Shown one piece after another: positions 25,901 to 40,900 of a stretch of DNA of 64,000 bases (positions are counted from its first letter, which is position 1; every line of letters begins with the position of its first letter). A program made the position numbers and the translations under genes. The DNA comes from Phoronis australis (taxonomy: Eukaryota; Animalia; Phoronida): assembly GCA_002633005.1 (NCBI GenBank), contig NMRA01000288.1:384300-448299 (forward strand), in the 5' to 3' direction. The notes under the pieces were generated by a model. The model was not told the origin of the DNA. It ran no database searches and saw only the letters and a list, made by a program, of their open reading frames with translations.

Positions 25901-28900
25901 AACCTTGTTCTGTCTTCTGTTGTTCTTGAAGGTTTAACTATGGGTGGGTTCAAGTATTTCTGTGTTCAATCAAAATGTTTGAACAGCACCTAATGGCTTT
26001 GTTCTGCACCAGGCTATGAGTGTTATTATACAACTTCAAATGTTATCCAGTGAATTGGTTTTATGGTTATGTCATACCCAGGTTTTTCTCTGAAGACATG
26101 TTAGCCACCTTGGATTGCATAATTTCTGTCTGACTACCCTCTAAAGTTAACTGTAAGGTGTCGCTAGTTTAACATTTAGCTCTACCTTCAGTTCACTTGT
26201 AGATGATTGAGACAGAAGGCAGTGATGTGTTGCACGGTTTTCAACCGACTTGCACTAAAATTTTTGGCTAATGTGTCATGAAATAACTCATGCAGGAAAG
26301 AAAGCACTTTGTCCAGATGTTAATTTTTATGCGTCCACATTATGCCGTCATCTCCGTCCGGCGTCCATCCAGCGTCCGTCCGTCTGGCATCCGCTGCTCT
26401 AGCCAAAACTACTCGATGTATGTTCATGAAATTTGGCAAATGTGTTGCTTTCATGGATGGGACGGCATGAGCGAACTTTCGGACTGATCCGACTATTGGT
26501 GTGTCCCCCTAGTGGCAATTTTAGTTTTTTACGTTTACCTCTGTATCTTCAAAGGTCCTCAACGTGTTTTCAGAAAGTTTGGTATAAAGGCACCTATTAG
26601 TGAGATGACGCTTTCCTCCCGTTTTTGGATGGATTTGACGTAGTTTGCGCCACCTAGTGGCCATTTTTACAGTTTTCGGGTATGTTTTTTGGCATCCACC
26701 CCTCTATCAAAGTGCTCTAAGGATGATTGCTAAAATTGGCATGTATACTATGAAGAGGATGGCTGACGATAATTTTCTGATGACTTCCGACTACTGTGGC
26801 GCCACCTAGTGGCAGTTTTATTCATTTTGCGCCTAGGGTTGTACCTCCTAAACTATTTGCAGGATCTTTATTAAATTTAGCAAGTGTATTGATATGATGT
26901 TGATAATGGACGACGACATCTTTCAGACAGAGCTGATGACTGGTGTGTCCCCTAGTGAGTAGTGGCAATTTCAGTTTTTTACATTTACCTCTGTATCTTC
27001 AAAGGTCCTCCTCATATTTTCATAAAATTTGGCATATAGGCATCTATTAGTAAGATGACGCTATCCTCCCGTATTCAGATGGATTCGACATAGTTTGCTC
27101 CACCTAGTGGCCATTTCTACTGTTTTCGAGTCCATTTTTTGGCGTCCACCCCTCTATCAACCAAACCACTCTAAGGATAATTGTGAAAATTGGAATTTAT
27201 TTTCTTACTATGAAGAGGACCGCTGACCACAATTTTCTGACCACTTTGACTACTGTGGCGCTTCCTAGTGGCTGTATCTCCTAAACCATTTGCAGGATCT
27301 GTTCTAAATTTATCAAGTTTATTTATATGATATTGACAAGGGACGACGACGTCTTTCAAGCGGATATGACTATCGGTGTGACCTCTAGTGGCAATTTTAG
27401 TTTTTTACGTTTACCTCTGTATCTTCAAAGATCTTCAACAGATTTTCATAACATTTTGAATATAGGCATGTACTGGTGAGGTGACGCTATCCTCCTGTTT
27501 TCCGATGGAATCAAGGTATTTTGCACCACCTAGTGGCCATTTTTGCTGTTTTCGATTCTGTTTTTTAGCATCCACTCCATCAACCAAACCATTCCAAGGA
27601 TGGTTTTGAAAATTGGCGCATATGTTCTCAGTGTTAAGAGGACAGTTGACGATGACGACTTTGACTGCTGTGGTGTATCGTGGTAGTTTTGTTTTGTTTT
27701 GTTTTGTTTTGGTTTGCGCCCATTGCTGTATCTCCTAAAGTCACTACAGAATCTTATTAAATTTAGTAAGTGTATTTATATGAAGCTAACAACAGACAAC
27801 AACGACTTTCAAGTGGATCCAACGAACGCTGTGCTAACTAGTGGCAATTTCATTTTATTCTGTTTTCCTTTGTTTCTCTGAAGTTCCTCGACAGATTTTA
27901 TGGAATTTAGTGAATAGCTTTCTATTAAAGAAGCAATGACATGTTCCCGTTTTCGAATGGTTTGGATGTTTTTGCTCTATCTAGTGGCCATTTTTATGAT
28001 ACAAATAAACTACCGTTAAAGCACACCATTTGCATTGCATTCGTGGGCACATTTCCACGCTCCGTGTTACTCTTTTTTATGTATTAGTTGATAAATTTAA
28101 GATCTTACTGGTTGGAAGATGCCTCAACAGTGAGAATAAAGTAAGAATAATAACGGCAACACTAATAATATTAGTTATGGGAATTTAATTAGTAGTAATA
28201 CTCATACTTAGTATGTAGTAAAATGTTTTCATTTTACCAGATTGGGAATAAGGGCTCTTGTCCAGTTGTTTGCCTCTGGAAATGGAGCTCTCGATGCCTC
28301 AATTCCTAGAGTAATTACTGTATCTCCTTAACCCTTTGAAGGCTCCTAAGGAAGTGGCATCAGGTGACAATGAGTTTCAGACCAATCGGACTATAGTTGT
28401 GCTCCCTACTGTCAACTGTTTTTTTACATTTGCCTCTATTTCCTTGGCAAGTTCCTTGGCTTATTTCCATGAAACTTTGCGGTGCCACGTTCTCAGTTCA
28501 GATGGATTTGAAGCATTCTGTGCCGTCTTATGGCCATTTTCATGATACTAAAAACACCCATGGAAGCACACCTTTTGCGTTGCTCTTGTTCTTATTGGAA
28601 AAGATTACCTTATCAGAGCCCACAGGCTCCTTTCCATCAAGTGAGTATGCACCATGGGAGGGATTTTGATCACTTGATGTTGACCACAGAGAGATCAGTT
28701 GCTATGGTATGTGTGTTAGCGCCATCCTGTGGTAAGGTTTGTAAACGTTATTGAGGTGACTGAGGAACACAAAGGTAGTTGTAGTTCATTCTCTCTTCTT
28801 CAGGTGTCAAGACTCACTTTGTTCGTCGGCACAGCGAGACAGCATTCATTGCTGAAAAGTGCGAAATGATCCCCATTGAGTGGGTGACACGCCGTGTCGC

Positions 28901-31900
28901 CACTGGCTCATTCCTCCGACGGTACACTGGCATCAAAGAAGGCTACCGCTTCAACCCTCCGAAGCAGGAAATCTTCTACAAGGTTCGTCTGCTTAGATTA
29001 TTGTTGACAATTAGTGACATTTTCACTAGTGCCTTTACCTGTTCTCAAATTGGCCTCAAAACGTTCCTTTCTTTGATGAGAACCAGAGTTGACTTTAAAC
29101 TAGAGTTACTCCTCAGTACCAGGCACTGCTTTCCTGGAAAGTGCTTGGTCTGCATTTGTGCCACCTTCATTCAAATTCGAACCCAGGCCTCAGCAATTCA
29201 ATCCCTTGTCCTGTCCCTTCAAACCCTCTATAGCTTGCCGCATGAAATGATGAGATGTAGACTTATGTAATTCGATATTGCACTCATGACTTTTATCGTC
29301 TCTTCCTAGGATGATGCTAACCATGACCCCCAGTGGCAGGTGGAGCAACTAGTCGAGGCTCAGATCAAGTGCAATGGTGTCGTGATTGGCCAGCATGAAA
29401 TTGATATCATGTTCAAGACATCTGTTACCGTGTTCGAGATCCTGGAGAGAGCATGGGCTTCCCTCGATTGTAGCTTGATTGACATGAAGATCGAATTTGG
29501 GGTTAACACGCATGGTAACAAATTGAGCAATCTTTTTTTATGTATTTAGAGATAAATGAACAGCACAGGTGTCACATTAATCGTTTCTATTGGTGACATG
29601 ACAATGATCGACCTACCTATACTATACATCTTGTGTCCTTGGAACAAAAGTTTTAAAAGAACACATGCAACTGAAGGCAACTGCATTCTCAAGGTGCATT
29701 TAAATTACTGTAGGGTCCTTGTACAAGTTAAAGGGTAACTTACTGAATTGCACTGTTAGAAGATTTCAAGCTCAGAGCTCAAACAAAGAAGGCCTTCATT
29801 GTCGTATTAGTGCTTAACTATAATATTCAATGCTGGCATAAACCAATAAGGTTTCGGTTATTCATTAATTGCTGGCAGTTTTTTGCAGTGATGTTAAAAT
29901 ATGAAAGTATTTATCTGATATATAACTACCGAAACTGGGTCATTGAAAGGAAAGACACTTAATGGTCAGAAAAGATTACATTAGATAATAAATAAATCTA
30001 GGCCATAATATCTACAGGTCTACTCGTCAGATTTAGCTAAAGTTTATTTAAGTGGTGTGAGACCTGGTGTTTTCAGTTGGCTTATGGCAGGTGCTTAATT
30101 TAGGTGGGGTATACAATTCCATTCAGGGTCAGATCTTGTTCAAATTTTGCACAGATATGAAGAATTGGAAGATTCTATTATTTGTCTCTTCACGAGATTC
30201 TTATTACCTGGGGTTTGGGAAGGGGCAGTTCAGGTATTTGGGGGTTCAAAGGCACTACCTGACAATATCTAAAGATTTTAAAATTTTGTGTTATGGTATA
30301 TCCCGACAAGATGACACTTCCAACATAATGACTTGGCAAAGTGTTTATCACAAAGTTGCTGTAGAATGACTAAAAATACAGAAGATATGTGATTGGACAA
30401 TTCACTGAGAGTTTATGCACCTCAGTATTGTCTTATTTAAATAAACAAAATGTGCCACCAGAAATCAAGAGATGTCCTATAGATTACAATGGCATGAAGA
30501 AAGTTATAGTATTATTGGTATTCCTGTCATTGTGTTGTGGCTAACCCCTTCTACTCGAGGTCCTCCATTGTGAATTACAGTATCCAAGGAAAATTGAAAA
30601 GAACCTGTAACTTACAGTCTCAGCGAGTCCCATGAACAATACCTTCAAAATTCTAAACTGGTCATTGGAAAACTGACGTTTTTTGTAAAAACAATCATAA
30701 TTGTTTGATTGACACATCTGCAGTAACTGTCTGACAGTACATGTATGCCGTTTATGTTGCAATTTTGAGCGTTTGCTGATACTTTGTGAGGAATAGTTAG
30801 TGAGATCACAGTTTTCAGCCACCACAACACTTATGTGTCGCGCTGCACTCTGACCTGCACGTAACCCTGTCATTTATTTTCTCGTTGAGCGGTAATAGAA
30901 ATCATGATTGCGTATATGCTTTAATATAAAGGAAGGTTTGAAACATGGTGATATTGTAGTTACATGTCAATGCATGCTCCATTGGATTAGGTTTTAAGTG
31001 TGAATCTTAACATATGCTTCTACATGTCGGATTCTTCTCACAAGGTCATTCAAATAATTTCTTTAGCCGGTTGAACTTGTTTTAGGTGAGGTTGTTCTTG
31101 CTGACATCATCGACAGTGACTCATGGCGCCTATGGCCGTCTGGTGACCGACGTCTGATGAAGGACAAACAGGTCTACCGCGAGTTGAAGGAAGTTACACA
31201 GGAGGCACTGCAGACAGTCAAGAGGAACTTCCAGTGGGTTGCCGAGCGACTCAAGGTACAACCACGCACTCTGATATGAGTTTTACAGGGGTTGTGTTCC
31301 ATAGACACAATACATTAACTTGCACTGGCAGTGAAAAAATCTTCCGCTTATTAAATGGAAACGGAGAAATCTATTCCATGGTTTATGAGCAGTTCAATCT
31401 CATAATTCAACATATTTTCACCGGCCAATCACTTCAATGGCAGCCATTTTGATAGAATAGGCTAGTAAGCTCCCAATTGCAGTCACGAAAAACTCAACTT
31501 CTATGATTTAAAAAAGGATTTGCAGGCAATGTGGCACACGTTGTAGCAGACATGTGCTCAGGTGGGTGCATTGCATTGATCACCTGGAACCATTTCATGC
31601 TTTATTAATAAATAGTTAAAACTGCTGAGGAGCTTGAAACTTAACTCAAGGGTCTAATATTGTGCCCCACTGGGACTCAAACCCACGAACTTGAGTAATG
31701 GAAGGGACACGTATCCCAATAGGCCAAACTGCCTCTTCTGCTTGTGTGATTTTGCAAGATCTTGCTCTCCTCTCAAGAAACTTGGTCTAAGGAATGCCGC
31801 CCTATGTTCATGGATTCTCTTGTACTGTGCCCACTGTCACCCAAATCTCAAGAGTCGTTGATCTCGAGTAGTGTTAGTTCCTATGTCATTCTTTTTTAAC

Positions 31901-34900
31901 ATGGTCTGTAAACACAACTGCTGTCACTCAATTTCCACCGCACGGCTTGGTGTAACTAGAGCCCAGTCATTCCAGTGTAATCACCACCACCTCTTGTCAT
32001 TCTCAACCAATGCCTTGCTGTAAACACAGAGATGGATAATTTTGGCGTTTGGAGGTCCACGATTTCCTCGCACTTTCGATTTTTTTAGTCGGTGTTGCCT
32101 TGTCACACGGGAATTTCTATGAGACATCCAAGTCAGATAGCAGATCTCCACTTATGGTCATCATTTGTCTCGTCGCTTTCCAGAATAGTTGAGGGCAAAG
32201 TGTTTGAATTATTGTCCAAGTCTGTGCAATCCAGTGGAATTTTCACTTTCATTCGAAGCCATTGTGACTACAAGATGAAGCATGCCGGTATACATTATGT
32301 GTGAATAATAACTGTTTGTAGAACTGTGACTTGATCTTTAATGCAAAGTTTTGTACCCTCAGGAATTGACCCCGGAGCCTCGGGCACGTGCCGTTGTGCT
32401 GATGGGGTCGCCCACAGATACGTCACACTGTGAGAAGATCTGGAACACATGCAAGACGTATGGCGTGCCATGCGAAATCCGTGTGACGTCTGCGCACAAG
32501 GGAACCGACGAGACGATGAACATTCTTGCTGAATATGAAGGTCGGTTAGGTTGTCGAATGTTGCAGTAGGGAAATTGCTTTGCGCCTGGCTTATGTAAGA
32601 AACATTTGATTTGGGGCAAATACTTTAATGACATTGATTTCATCTCATTTCTTATGGTTTAGACATGTTTTCCGTTTTTTGTTTTAGCGTATTTTAGAAT
32701 CATTCTTGCGTTATCTAAGTGCATAACCACAACTGTATCACACAAGATTAGTGCGGTTAATCATTTGGGGTTTTGTTTGCAGATCTTTAGTGGTCATACA
32801 GCTCATNTACGAAATTTAATAAGTGTATTTATATTATGTTAACAACAGACGATGACGACTTTTGGACGGATCCGCCTTCCAGTGTGCCCCCTAGTGGCAA
32901 TTTTATTTTTTTACGTTTACCTCTGTATCTTCACTTTGGTATGTAGGCACCTATTAGTGCTATGACGCTATCCTCCCGTTTTCGGATGGATTCAACCTAG
33001 TTTGCGACACCCAGTGGCCATTTTTACTGTTTTTGAGTCTGTTTTTTGGCGTCCACCCCTCTATCAACCAAACCGCTATAAGTATGATTGTGAAAATTCT
33101 CATGTATGTTCTTACTATGAAGAGGATGGTTGATGCTGAATTTCCCATGAGTTTGATTACTGTGGCGCCTCCTAGTGGCAGTTTTTTTTGCACCTATGGC
33201 TGTATCTCCCAAACCGTTTGCAGAATCTTTACTAAATTTAGCAAGTGTATTTATGTGATGTTGACAAGGGACGATGACAACTTTAGGATGATTCTGACTA
33301 CCGGTATGCCTCTAGTGGCAATTTTAGTATTTTACATTGACCTCTGTATTTTCATAGGTCTTCAGGTGTATACTTTGTGTTACTTCATGACTATGAAGGA
33401 AAAATTCCAAGTAGAAATTTATTTCTGGCATTCTAATGCTGTGCTAATCTCGTATGTTGGTAAATTTGTTTTTAATTCTATGTTTCTGTGGTGCTTTAAG
33501 CGACTGGTGTTTAGAATGTGCTTGTATTATGAAGATCACTCACATTTTGCCCCTAGCCTATTGAGGAGACAATGAACATGCCTTTCCATTTTGCAAAGTA
33601 CAACATACTACATATATGCCCTCTACTGGCCACTTTATGGTACCAATAAACAACCCTAGAAGGATACCGTATGTGGTGCAATTGTGGGCGCATTTCAACG
33701 CTCTGCGTTGCTCTTGTTCATTTTGCGCCTAGGGCTATATCTCCTAAACCGTTTGCAGGATCTTTACTAAATTTAGCAAGTGTATTGATATGATGTTGAC
33801 AATGGATGACAACAACTTTCGAACAGAGCTGACTACTGGTGTGCTCCCTAGTGGCAATTTTAGTTTTATTACGTTTACATCTGTATTTTCAAAGGTCCTC
33901 CACATATTTCATAAAATTTGGCATATAGGCATCTATTAGTAAGATGACGCTACCCTCCCATTTTCAGATGGATTTGACATAGTTTGTGTCACCTAGTGGC
34001 CATTTCTACTGTTTTCGAGTCCATTTTTTGGCGTCCACCCCTCTATCAACCAAACCACTCTAAGGATGATTATGAAAATTGGAATTTATGTTCTTACTAT
34101 GAAGAGAACCGCTTGCGATGATTTTCAGACCACTTGGACTACTGTGGCGCCTCCTAGTGTCAGTTTTTTTTGCGCCTATGGCTGTATCTCTTAAACCCTT
34201 TGTAGGATCTTTACTAAATTTATCAAGTTTTTTATATGATATTGACAACGGACGACGAAGACTTTCAAGCGGATATGACTAGTGGCAATTTTAGTTTTTT
34301 CCGTGTACCTGTGTATTTTCAAAGATTTTAACAGATTTTCATAAAATTTTGAATATAGGCATCTATTGATGAGATGACGCTATCCTCCTGTTTTCAGATG
34401 GAATCAAGGTATTTTCCACCACCTAGTGGCCATTTTTGTTGTTTTCAAGTATGTTTTTTAGCATCCACTCCTCCATCAACCAAACCATTCTAAGGGTGGT
34501 TTTGAAAATTGGCGTATATGTTCTCAGTGTTAAGAGGACAGTTGACGATGACGACTTACTGCTATTGTGTCTTGTAGTGGTAGTTTTGTTTTGTTTTGTT
34601 TTGTTTTGCGCCCGTAGCTGTATCTCCTAAAGGCACTACAGAATCTTATCATTTTATTCCGTTTTCCTTTGTTTCTCTAAAGTTCCTTGACAGATTTTTA
34701 TGAAATTTGGTGAATAGCTTTCTATTAAAGAAACAATGACATGTTCATGTTTTCGAATGGATTGGACGTTTTTGCACTATCTAGTGGCCATTTTTATGAT
34801 ACAAATAAACGACCATTAAAGCACACCGTTTGCATTGCATTTGTGGGCACATTTCAACGCTCCACGTTGCTCTTGTTTATGTATTAGTTGATAAATTTGA

Positions 34901-37900
34901 GATCTTACTAGGTGGAAGGTGCCTCAACAGTGAGAATAAAATAAGAATAATTATAACAAAAACACTAATAATAATAATTATGGGAATTTCATATTAAAGC
35001 TGTAGTAATAGTATGTTGTAAAATGTTATCATTTTAGTAGATTGGGAATAAGGGCTCTTGTCCAGTTGTTTGCCTCAGGGAACGGAGCTCTCGATGCCTC
35101 AATTTGTCGAGTAATTACTGTATCTCCTTAACCCTTTGAAGGCTCCTAAAGAGGTGATATCAGGTGACGATGAGTTTCGGACCAATCGACCTATAGTTAT
35201 GCTCCCTACTGTCAACTGTCTTTTACGTTTGCCTCTATATCCTTGGCAAGTTCGTGAATTTTTGCGGTGCCACGTTCTCAATTCAAATGGGTTTGAAGCA
35301 TTCTGTGCCATCTTATGGCCATTTTCATGATACTAAAAGCACACATAGAAGCACACATTTTGCGTTGCTCTTGTTCTCATTAGAAAAGGTTACCTTATCA
35401 GAGACCACAGGCTCCTTTCTTCTCAGGTGAACATGCACCCTGGGAAGGAATTTGATCACTTCAAGTTGACCACAGAGGGTTCACCAGTCGCTATGGTATG
35501 TGTGCTAGTGCCATCCTGTGGTAAGGTTTGTAAACGTTATTGAAGTGACAGAGGAACACTTATGGGCAAAGATAGTTGTAGTTCATTCTCTCTTCTTCAG
35601 GTGTCAAGACTCACTTTGTTCGTCGGCACAGCGAGACAGCATTCATTGCTGAAAAGTGCGAAATGATCCCCATTGAGTGGGTGACACGCCGTGTCGCCAC
35701 TGGCTCATTCCTCCGACGGTACACTGGCATCAAAGAAGGCTACCGCTTCAACCCTCCGAAGCAGGAAATCTTCTACAAAGTTCGTCTGCTTAGATTATTG
35801 TTGACAATTAGTGACATTTTCACTAGTGCCTTTACCTGTTCTCAAATTGGCCTCAAAATGTTCCTTTCTTTGATGAGATCCAGAGTTGATTTTAAACTAG
35901 AGTTACTCCTCAATGTCGGGCACTGCTTTCCTGGAAAGTGCTTGGTCTACATTTGTGCCACCTTCATTCAAGTTCGAACCCAGGCCTCAGCAATTCAATC
36001 CCTTGTCCTGTCCCTTCAAACCCTCTGTAGCTTTCCGCATGAAATGATGAGATATAGACTTATGTAATTCGATATTGCACTCATGATTTTTATCGCTTCT
36101 TCCTAGGATGATGCTAACCATGACCCCCAGTGGCAGGTGGAGCAACTAGTCGAGGCTCAGATCAAGTGCAATGGTGTCGTGATTGGCCAGCATGAAATTG
36201 ATATCATGTTCAAGACGTCTGTTACCGTGTTCGAGATCCTGGAGAGAGCATGGGCTTCCCTCGATTGTAGCTTGATTGACATGAAGATAGAATTTGGGGT
36301 TAACACGCATGGTAATGATAACAAATTGAGCAATCTTTTTTATGTATTTAGAGATAAATAAGTGAACAGCAGATTTGTTGGAAGTCTCAGCAGGTGTCAA
36401 ATTAATTGTTTCTATCGGTGACATGACAATGATCGACCTACCTATACTATACATCTTGTGTCCCTGGAACAAAAGGGTAACTTACTGAATTGCACTGTTA
36501 GAAGATTACAAGCTCATAGCTCAAATAAAGAAGGCCTTCATTGTCGTATTAGTGCTTAACTATAATATTCAATGCTGGCATAGACCAATAACGTTTCACT
36601 TATTCATTGCTGGCAGTTTTATTTTGGAATGATGTTAAAATATCAAAGTATTTATCTGATATTTAACTACAGAATCTGGGTCATTGAAAGGAAAGACACC
36701 TAATGGTCACAAAAGATTACATTAGATTATAAATAAATCTAGGCCATAATATCTATAGGACCACTCATTAGATTTAGCCAAAGCTTACATAAGTGGTGTT
36801 AGACCTCATGTTTTTTCAGTTGGCTTATGGGAGGTGGTTAATTTAGTTGGGGTATACAATTCCATTCAGGGTGAAATGCGCTTGTCAGATTTTGTTCAAG
36901 TTTTGCACAGAGATGATGAATTGGAAGACTATGATTTGTCTCTTCATGGGATTCTTATCAACTGGGGTTTGGGAAGGGTCAGTTCAGGTATTTGGGGGTT
37001 CAAAGGCACTTCTACAGACTCGTCAGATTTTCAAATTTTATGATATGGTATAACCTGACAAGACGACATTTTCACACTTCCAACATAATGACTTGGCAAA
37101 GTGTTCTTCACAAAGTTGCTGTAGAATGACTAAAAATACATAAGATATGTGATTGGACAATTCGCTAAGAGTTTACTCACCTCAATATTGTCTTATTTAA
37201 TAAATAAACAAAATGTGCCACCAGAAAGCAAGAGGTGTCCTCTAGATTACAGTGCCATGAAGAAAGTTATAGTATTGTTGGTATTCCAGTCATTGTGTTG
37301 TGGCTATTCACTTCTACTTGAGGTCTCCCATTGTGAATTACAGTATCCAATGAAAATTGAAAAGGACCTGTTACTTCCAGTCTCATCGAGTCCCATGAAC
37401 AAACAATACCTTCAAAATTCTAATTTGGTCAGTGCGAAAGTGCCAGTTTTAGTAAAAACAATGATCCTAAATAATAGTTGTTTGTCGCATCTGTGATAAC
37501 TGTCCGGCAGTACATGTATATTGTTTAAGTTGGAATATTGAGCGTTTACTTATACTATGTGAGGAATAGTGAGTGAAACCACAGTTTTCAGTCATATTCT
37601 ATTTTCTCATTGTGGGGAAATAGAAGTCATGATTGCGAATATGCTTTACTATAAAGGAAGATTTGTAACATAGTGATATTGTAGTTATATGTCAATGTGT
37701 GCTCCATTGATTAGGTTTTAGGTGTGAATCTTAACAGATGCTCCCACATCTCAGATTCTTACAAGCTCATTCAAATAATATCTTTGGACGCTTGAACTTG
37801 TTTTAGGTGAGGTTGTTCTTGCTGACATCATCGACAGTGACTCGTGGCGCCTATGGCCGTCTGGTGACCGACGTCTGATGAAGGACAAGCAGGTCTACCG

Positions 37901-40900
37901 CGAGTTGAAGGAAGTGACACAGGAGGCACTGCAGACAGTCAAGAGGAACTTCCAGTGGGTCGCCGAGCGACTCAAGGTACAACCACCCCCTCTGATATGA
38001 GTTTTACTGGGGTTGTGTTCTGTAGACACAATACATTAACTTGTACTTGCAGTGAAAAAAATCTTCGCTTATTAAATAGAAGCGTAGAATTCTAGTCCAT
38101 GATTTATGAGGTCAATCCCATATTTCAACATTACATTCTCACCATCCAATCACTTCAGTGGCTGCCATTTTGATAGGATAGGCTAGTAAGCTCCCAATTG
38201 CAGTCACAAAACACTCTACTTCTGTGATTTAAAAAATAATTTGCAGGCTATATGGTACACGCGTTGTAGCAGACATGTGCTCAGGTGTGTTCACTGCGCT
38301 GATCACCTGGAACCATTTTATGCTTAATTAATAAATAGTTAAAACTGTGCTGAGGTGGTAGAAACCTGAGTCAAGGGTCCAGCTTGAATAAACGAAGCGG
38401 ACGCATATCCCACGAGGCTACACTGCCACCTCTACTCGTGTGATTTTGCGAGATCTTGCTCTTCTCTCGAAAAATTTTGTCTAAGGAAAGCTACCCTATA
38501 TTCAGTCATTGTGACTGCAAGATGAAGCATGCCTATATACATAATGTCTGAATCATAACTATTAAGTAAAATTTTGACTTGATCTTTTATGCAAAGTTTT
38601 GTACCCTCAGGAATTGACCCCAGAGCCTCAAGCACGTGCTGTTGTACTGATGGGGTCGCCCACAGACACATCACACTGTGAGAAGATCTGGAACACGTGT
38701 AAGACGTATGGCGTGCCGTGTGAAATCCGTGTAACGTCTGCGCACAAGGGAACAGACGAGACGATGAACATTCTTGCTGAATATGAAGGTCGGTTAGGTT
38801 GTCGAATGTTGCAGTAGGGAAATTGCTTTGCGCCTGGCTTATGTAAGAAACATTTGATTTGGGGCAAATACTTTAATGACATTGATTTCATCTCATTTCT
38901 TATGGTTTAGACATGTTTTCTGTTTTTGGGAGTTATGTTTTTTGCTAATGCCTGAGATCAGACTGCCCAAATTGGGTTGAAAGGTTTATGGAGTACAAAA
39001 AGTAATATGGTGGAAAAAGGCAGATTTTATGATCTACACTAAATCAGGGCTTGGAATTTTCCGCGGAAACGCGGATTTCCGCTTTTTGCAAATGTGCTGT
39101 CCGCTTTTTTTATAATATTTCTGCGTAAAAAAATCGGATTTGATATAAAATTTCCGCGGCAAATTCCTTACTTACCGCGGCGTCGCAGACGACATCCACC
39201 TCGAAAAGCGGAAGTTGCTCTTTATGTTTCGAAGGAACGTAAATTGTCAACATTGCCGGGGCACCTGGGACAGCGTGGTGGGATTTTCAATGGCGTCTCG
39301 TATTATTGTTAAGCGCGGCGACAAATACTACCGCTCTGCAGCCAAAAATGTGTGGGGTTGGGAGTGCGGACGGGCGAGCTAAGAGCTAAAAGGATGCAGA
39401 CGCAAGGTACTGATGGTGGTAACGTTTTTTTTTTCTTTTTTTTTTAGACCTCCCGATTTTTGTCGAGGAAAGGTTCACATTGACCATTTCAAGGCATGAT
39501 TTGGGCCGTAAAAGTTTCCGCGTTTTTTTGTCATTGGTCATTCCAAGCCCTGCTAAATAAAGGATAAGTAGATAAGATCAAAACTGGATTTTGAATTTTG
39601 TTTCAGTTTTTCCAATGCAGTGTGTGTTCTGGCTGTGGCACCTGCAACTAATAAATCAGTGATTGAAACAAAACTGAATTCAAAATCTTGTCATTAGCGT
39701 ATTTTAGAATCATTCTTGCTTTATCTAAGTGCATAGCTGCAACTGTATCACACAAGATTAGTGCGGTTAATCATTTGGGGTTTTGTTTGCAGATCTTTAG
39801 TGGTCATACAGCTCATGGTCGTCGCTTGTGGACATTTTGACAAAATTAAAAACAGTATTTATGCTACACTGGAAAGGTTTCTTGGTGACATTTTTATCCA
39901 AGCATATTCATTTGCCTTAGCAAAATGTCTTTGTCTTCCGTCTTTGTTTTGTGGCTCCATTGCTGGTATGTTACTGAGCACATAAGCACGGCCAAACGTC
40001 CGCTTGTTCCTCTCAGGTGATGGCGTACCCACTGTGTTCATCGCTGTCGCTGGAAGAAGTAACGGTCTGGGGCCCGTCCTCTCCGGTAACGCCACCTATC
40101 CAGTCATCAACTGTCCTCCAATTACTGCTGACTGGGGTACGGAGGACATCTGGTCATCACTACGGTTACCGTCAGGTAAAGTGGACTGACGACACATGTA
40201 ATTGCTCTTGAGATGTTTAAGTTGTGTGGGGAATGTGCAAAGCAACTGGTTCAGTATGATTCGGTCGAGTTTGGTGTACTGTACATGTCAAAAGTGGTCT
40301 GACAAAATGGTCCTGAATTTCCCGTCGTGACGGCTGCGTGGAAGCTGAATTTATGGTCCGAGTTAATTTCTATCGTAACCAAGAATAAAGAGGAATTTAA
40401 CAGGAAAGTTGGGGAAGTGACGAAGCAAAAAATCTATAACTTTATTTTAAGCCCATATCAAGTGCATGGGATTTATTTATTAGCGTTTGCCCGTTCGCCA
40501 AGCAAAACGCAAAATGTTAACGGTTTTTGAATTTGAGTAGACAATTTTTTTAAAGAATTCCAGATAGCAAGATGCAACACATAAGATTTTGCCGATATTT
40601 TTGGTTGAAATTGTTTAATTTAGAACACAATGTGGCATACAAAAGAGTTTTATTTTGTCAAATTTCTAAACTAAATTAAAAGTTATGAAAATGTTAATTC
40701 CTTGTCAAAATTGTGTTACTGTTTGATATTCTTCAGACTTTTTGAAAAACTGGGTCAAGGATCTAAACTTTGTACTCAAAACTGAACTTAAAATTATTTT
40801 TGACGTTTACCCGTTCTACGTTTGTGCTTACTAAAGATAACTGAATTTGATTCTGGGCTTGACTGTATTTGGGATTAATTGACTGACTGTCTTATCTTAG

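Noticed and set aside
33033-33575. 180-aa hydrophobic ORF
   Set aside because: It is a chance frame through the satellite-bearing repeat.
28804-38788. Mutually exclusive splicing cassette in PAICS
   Set aside because: The protein copies are essentially identical and the junction is a single N, so uncollapsed haplotypes are more parsimonious. Kept only as a testable finding.
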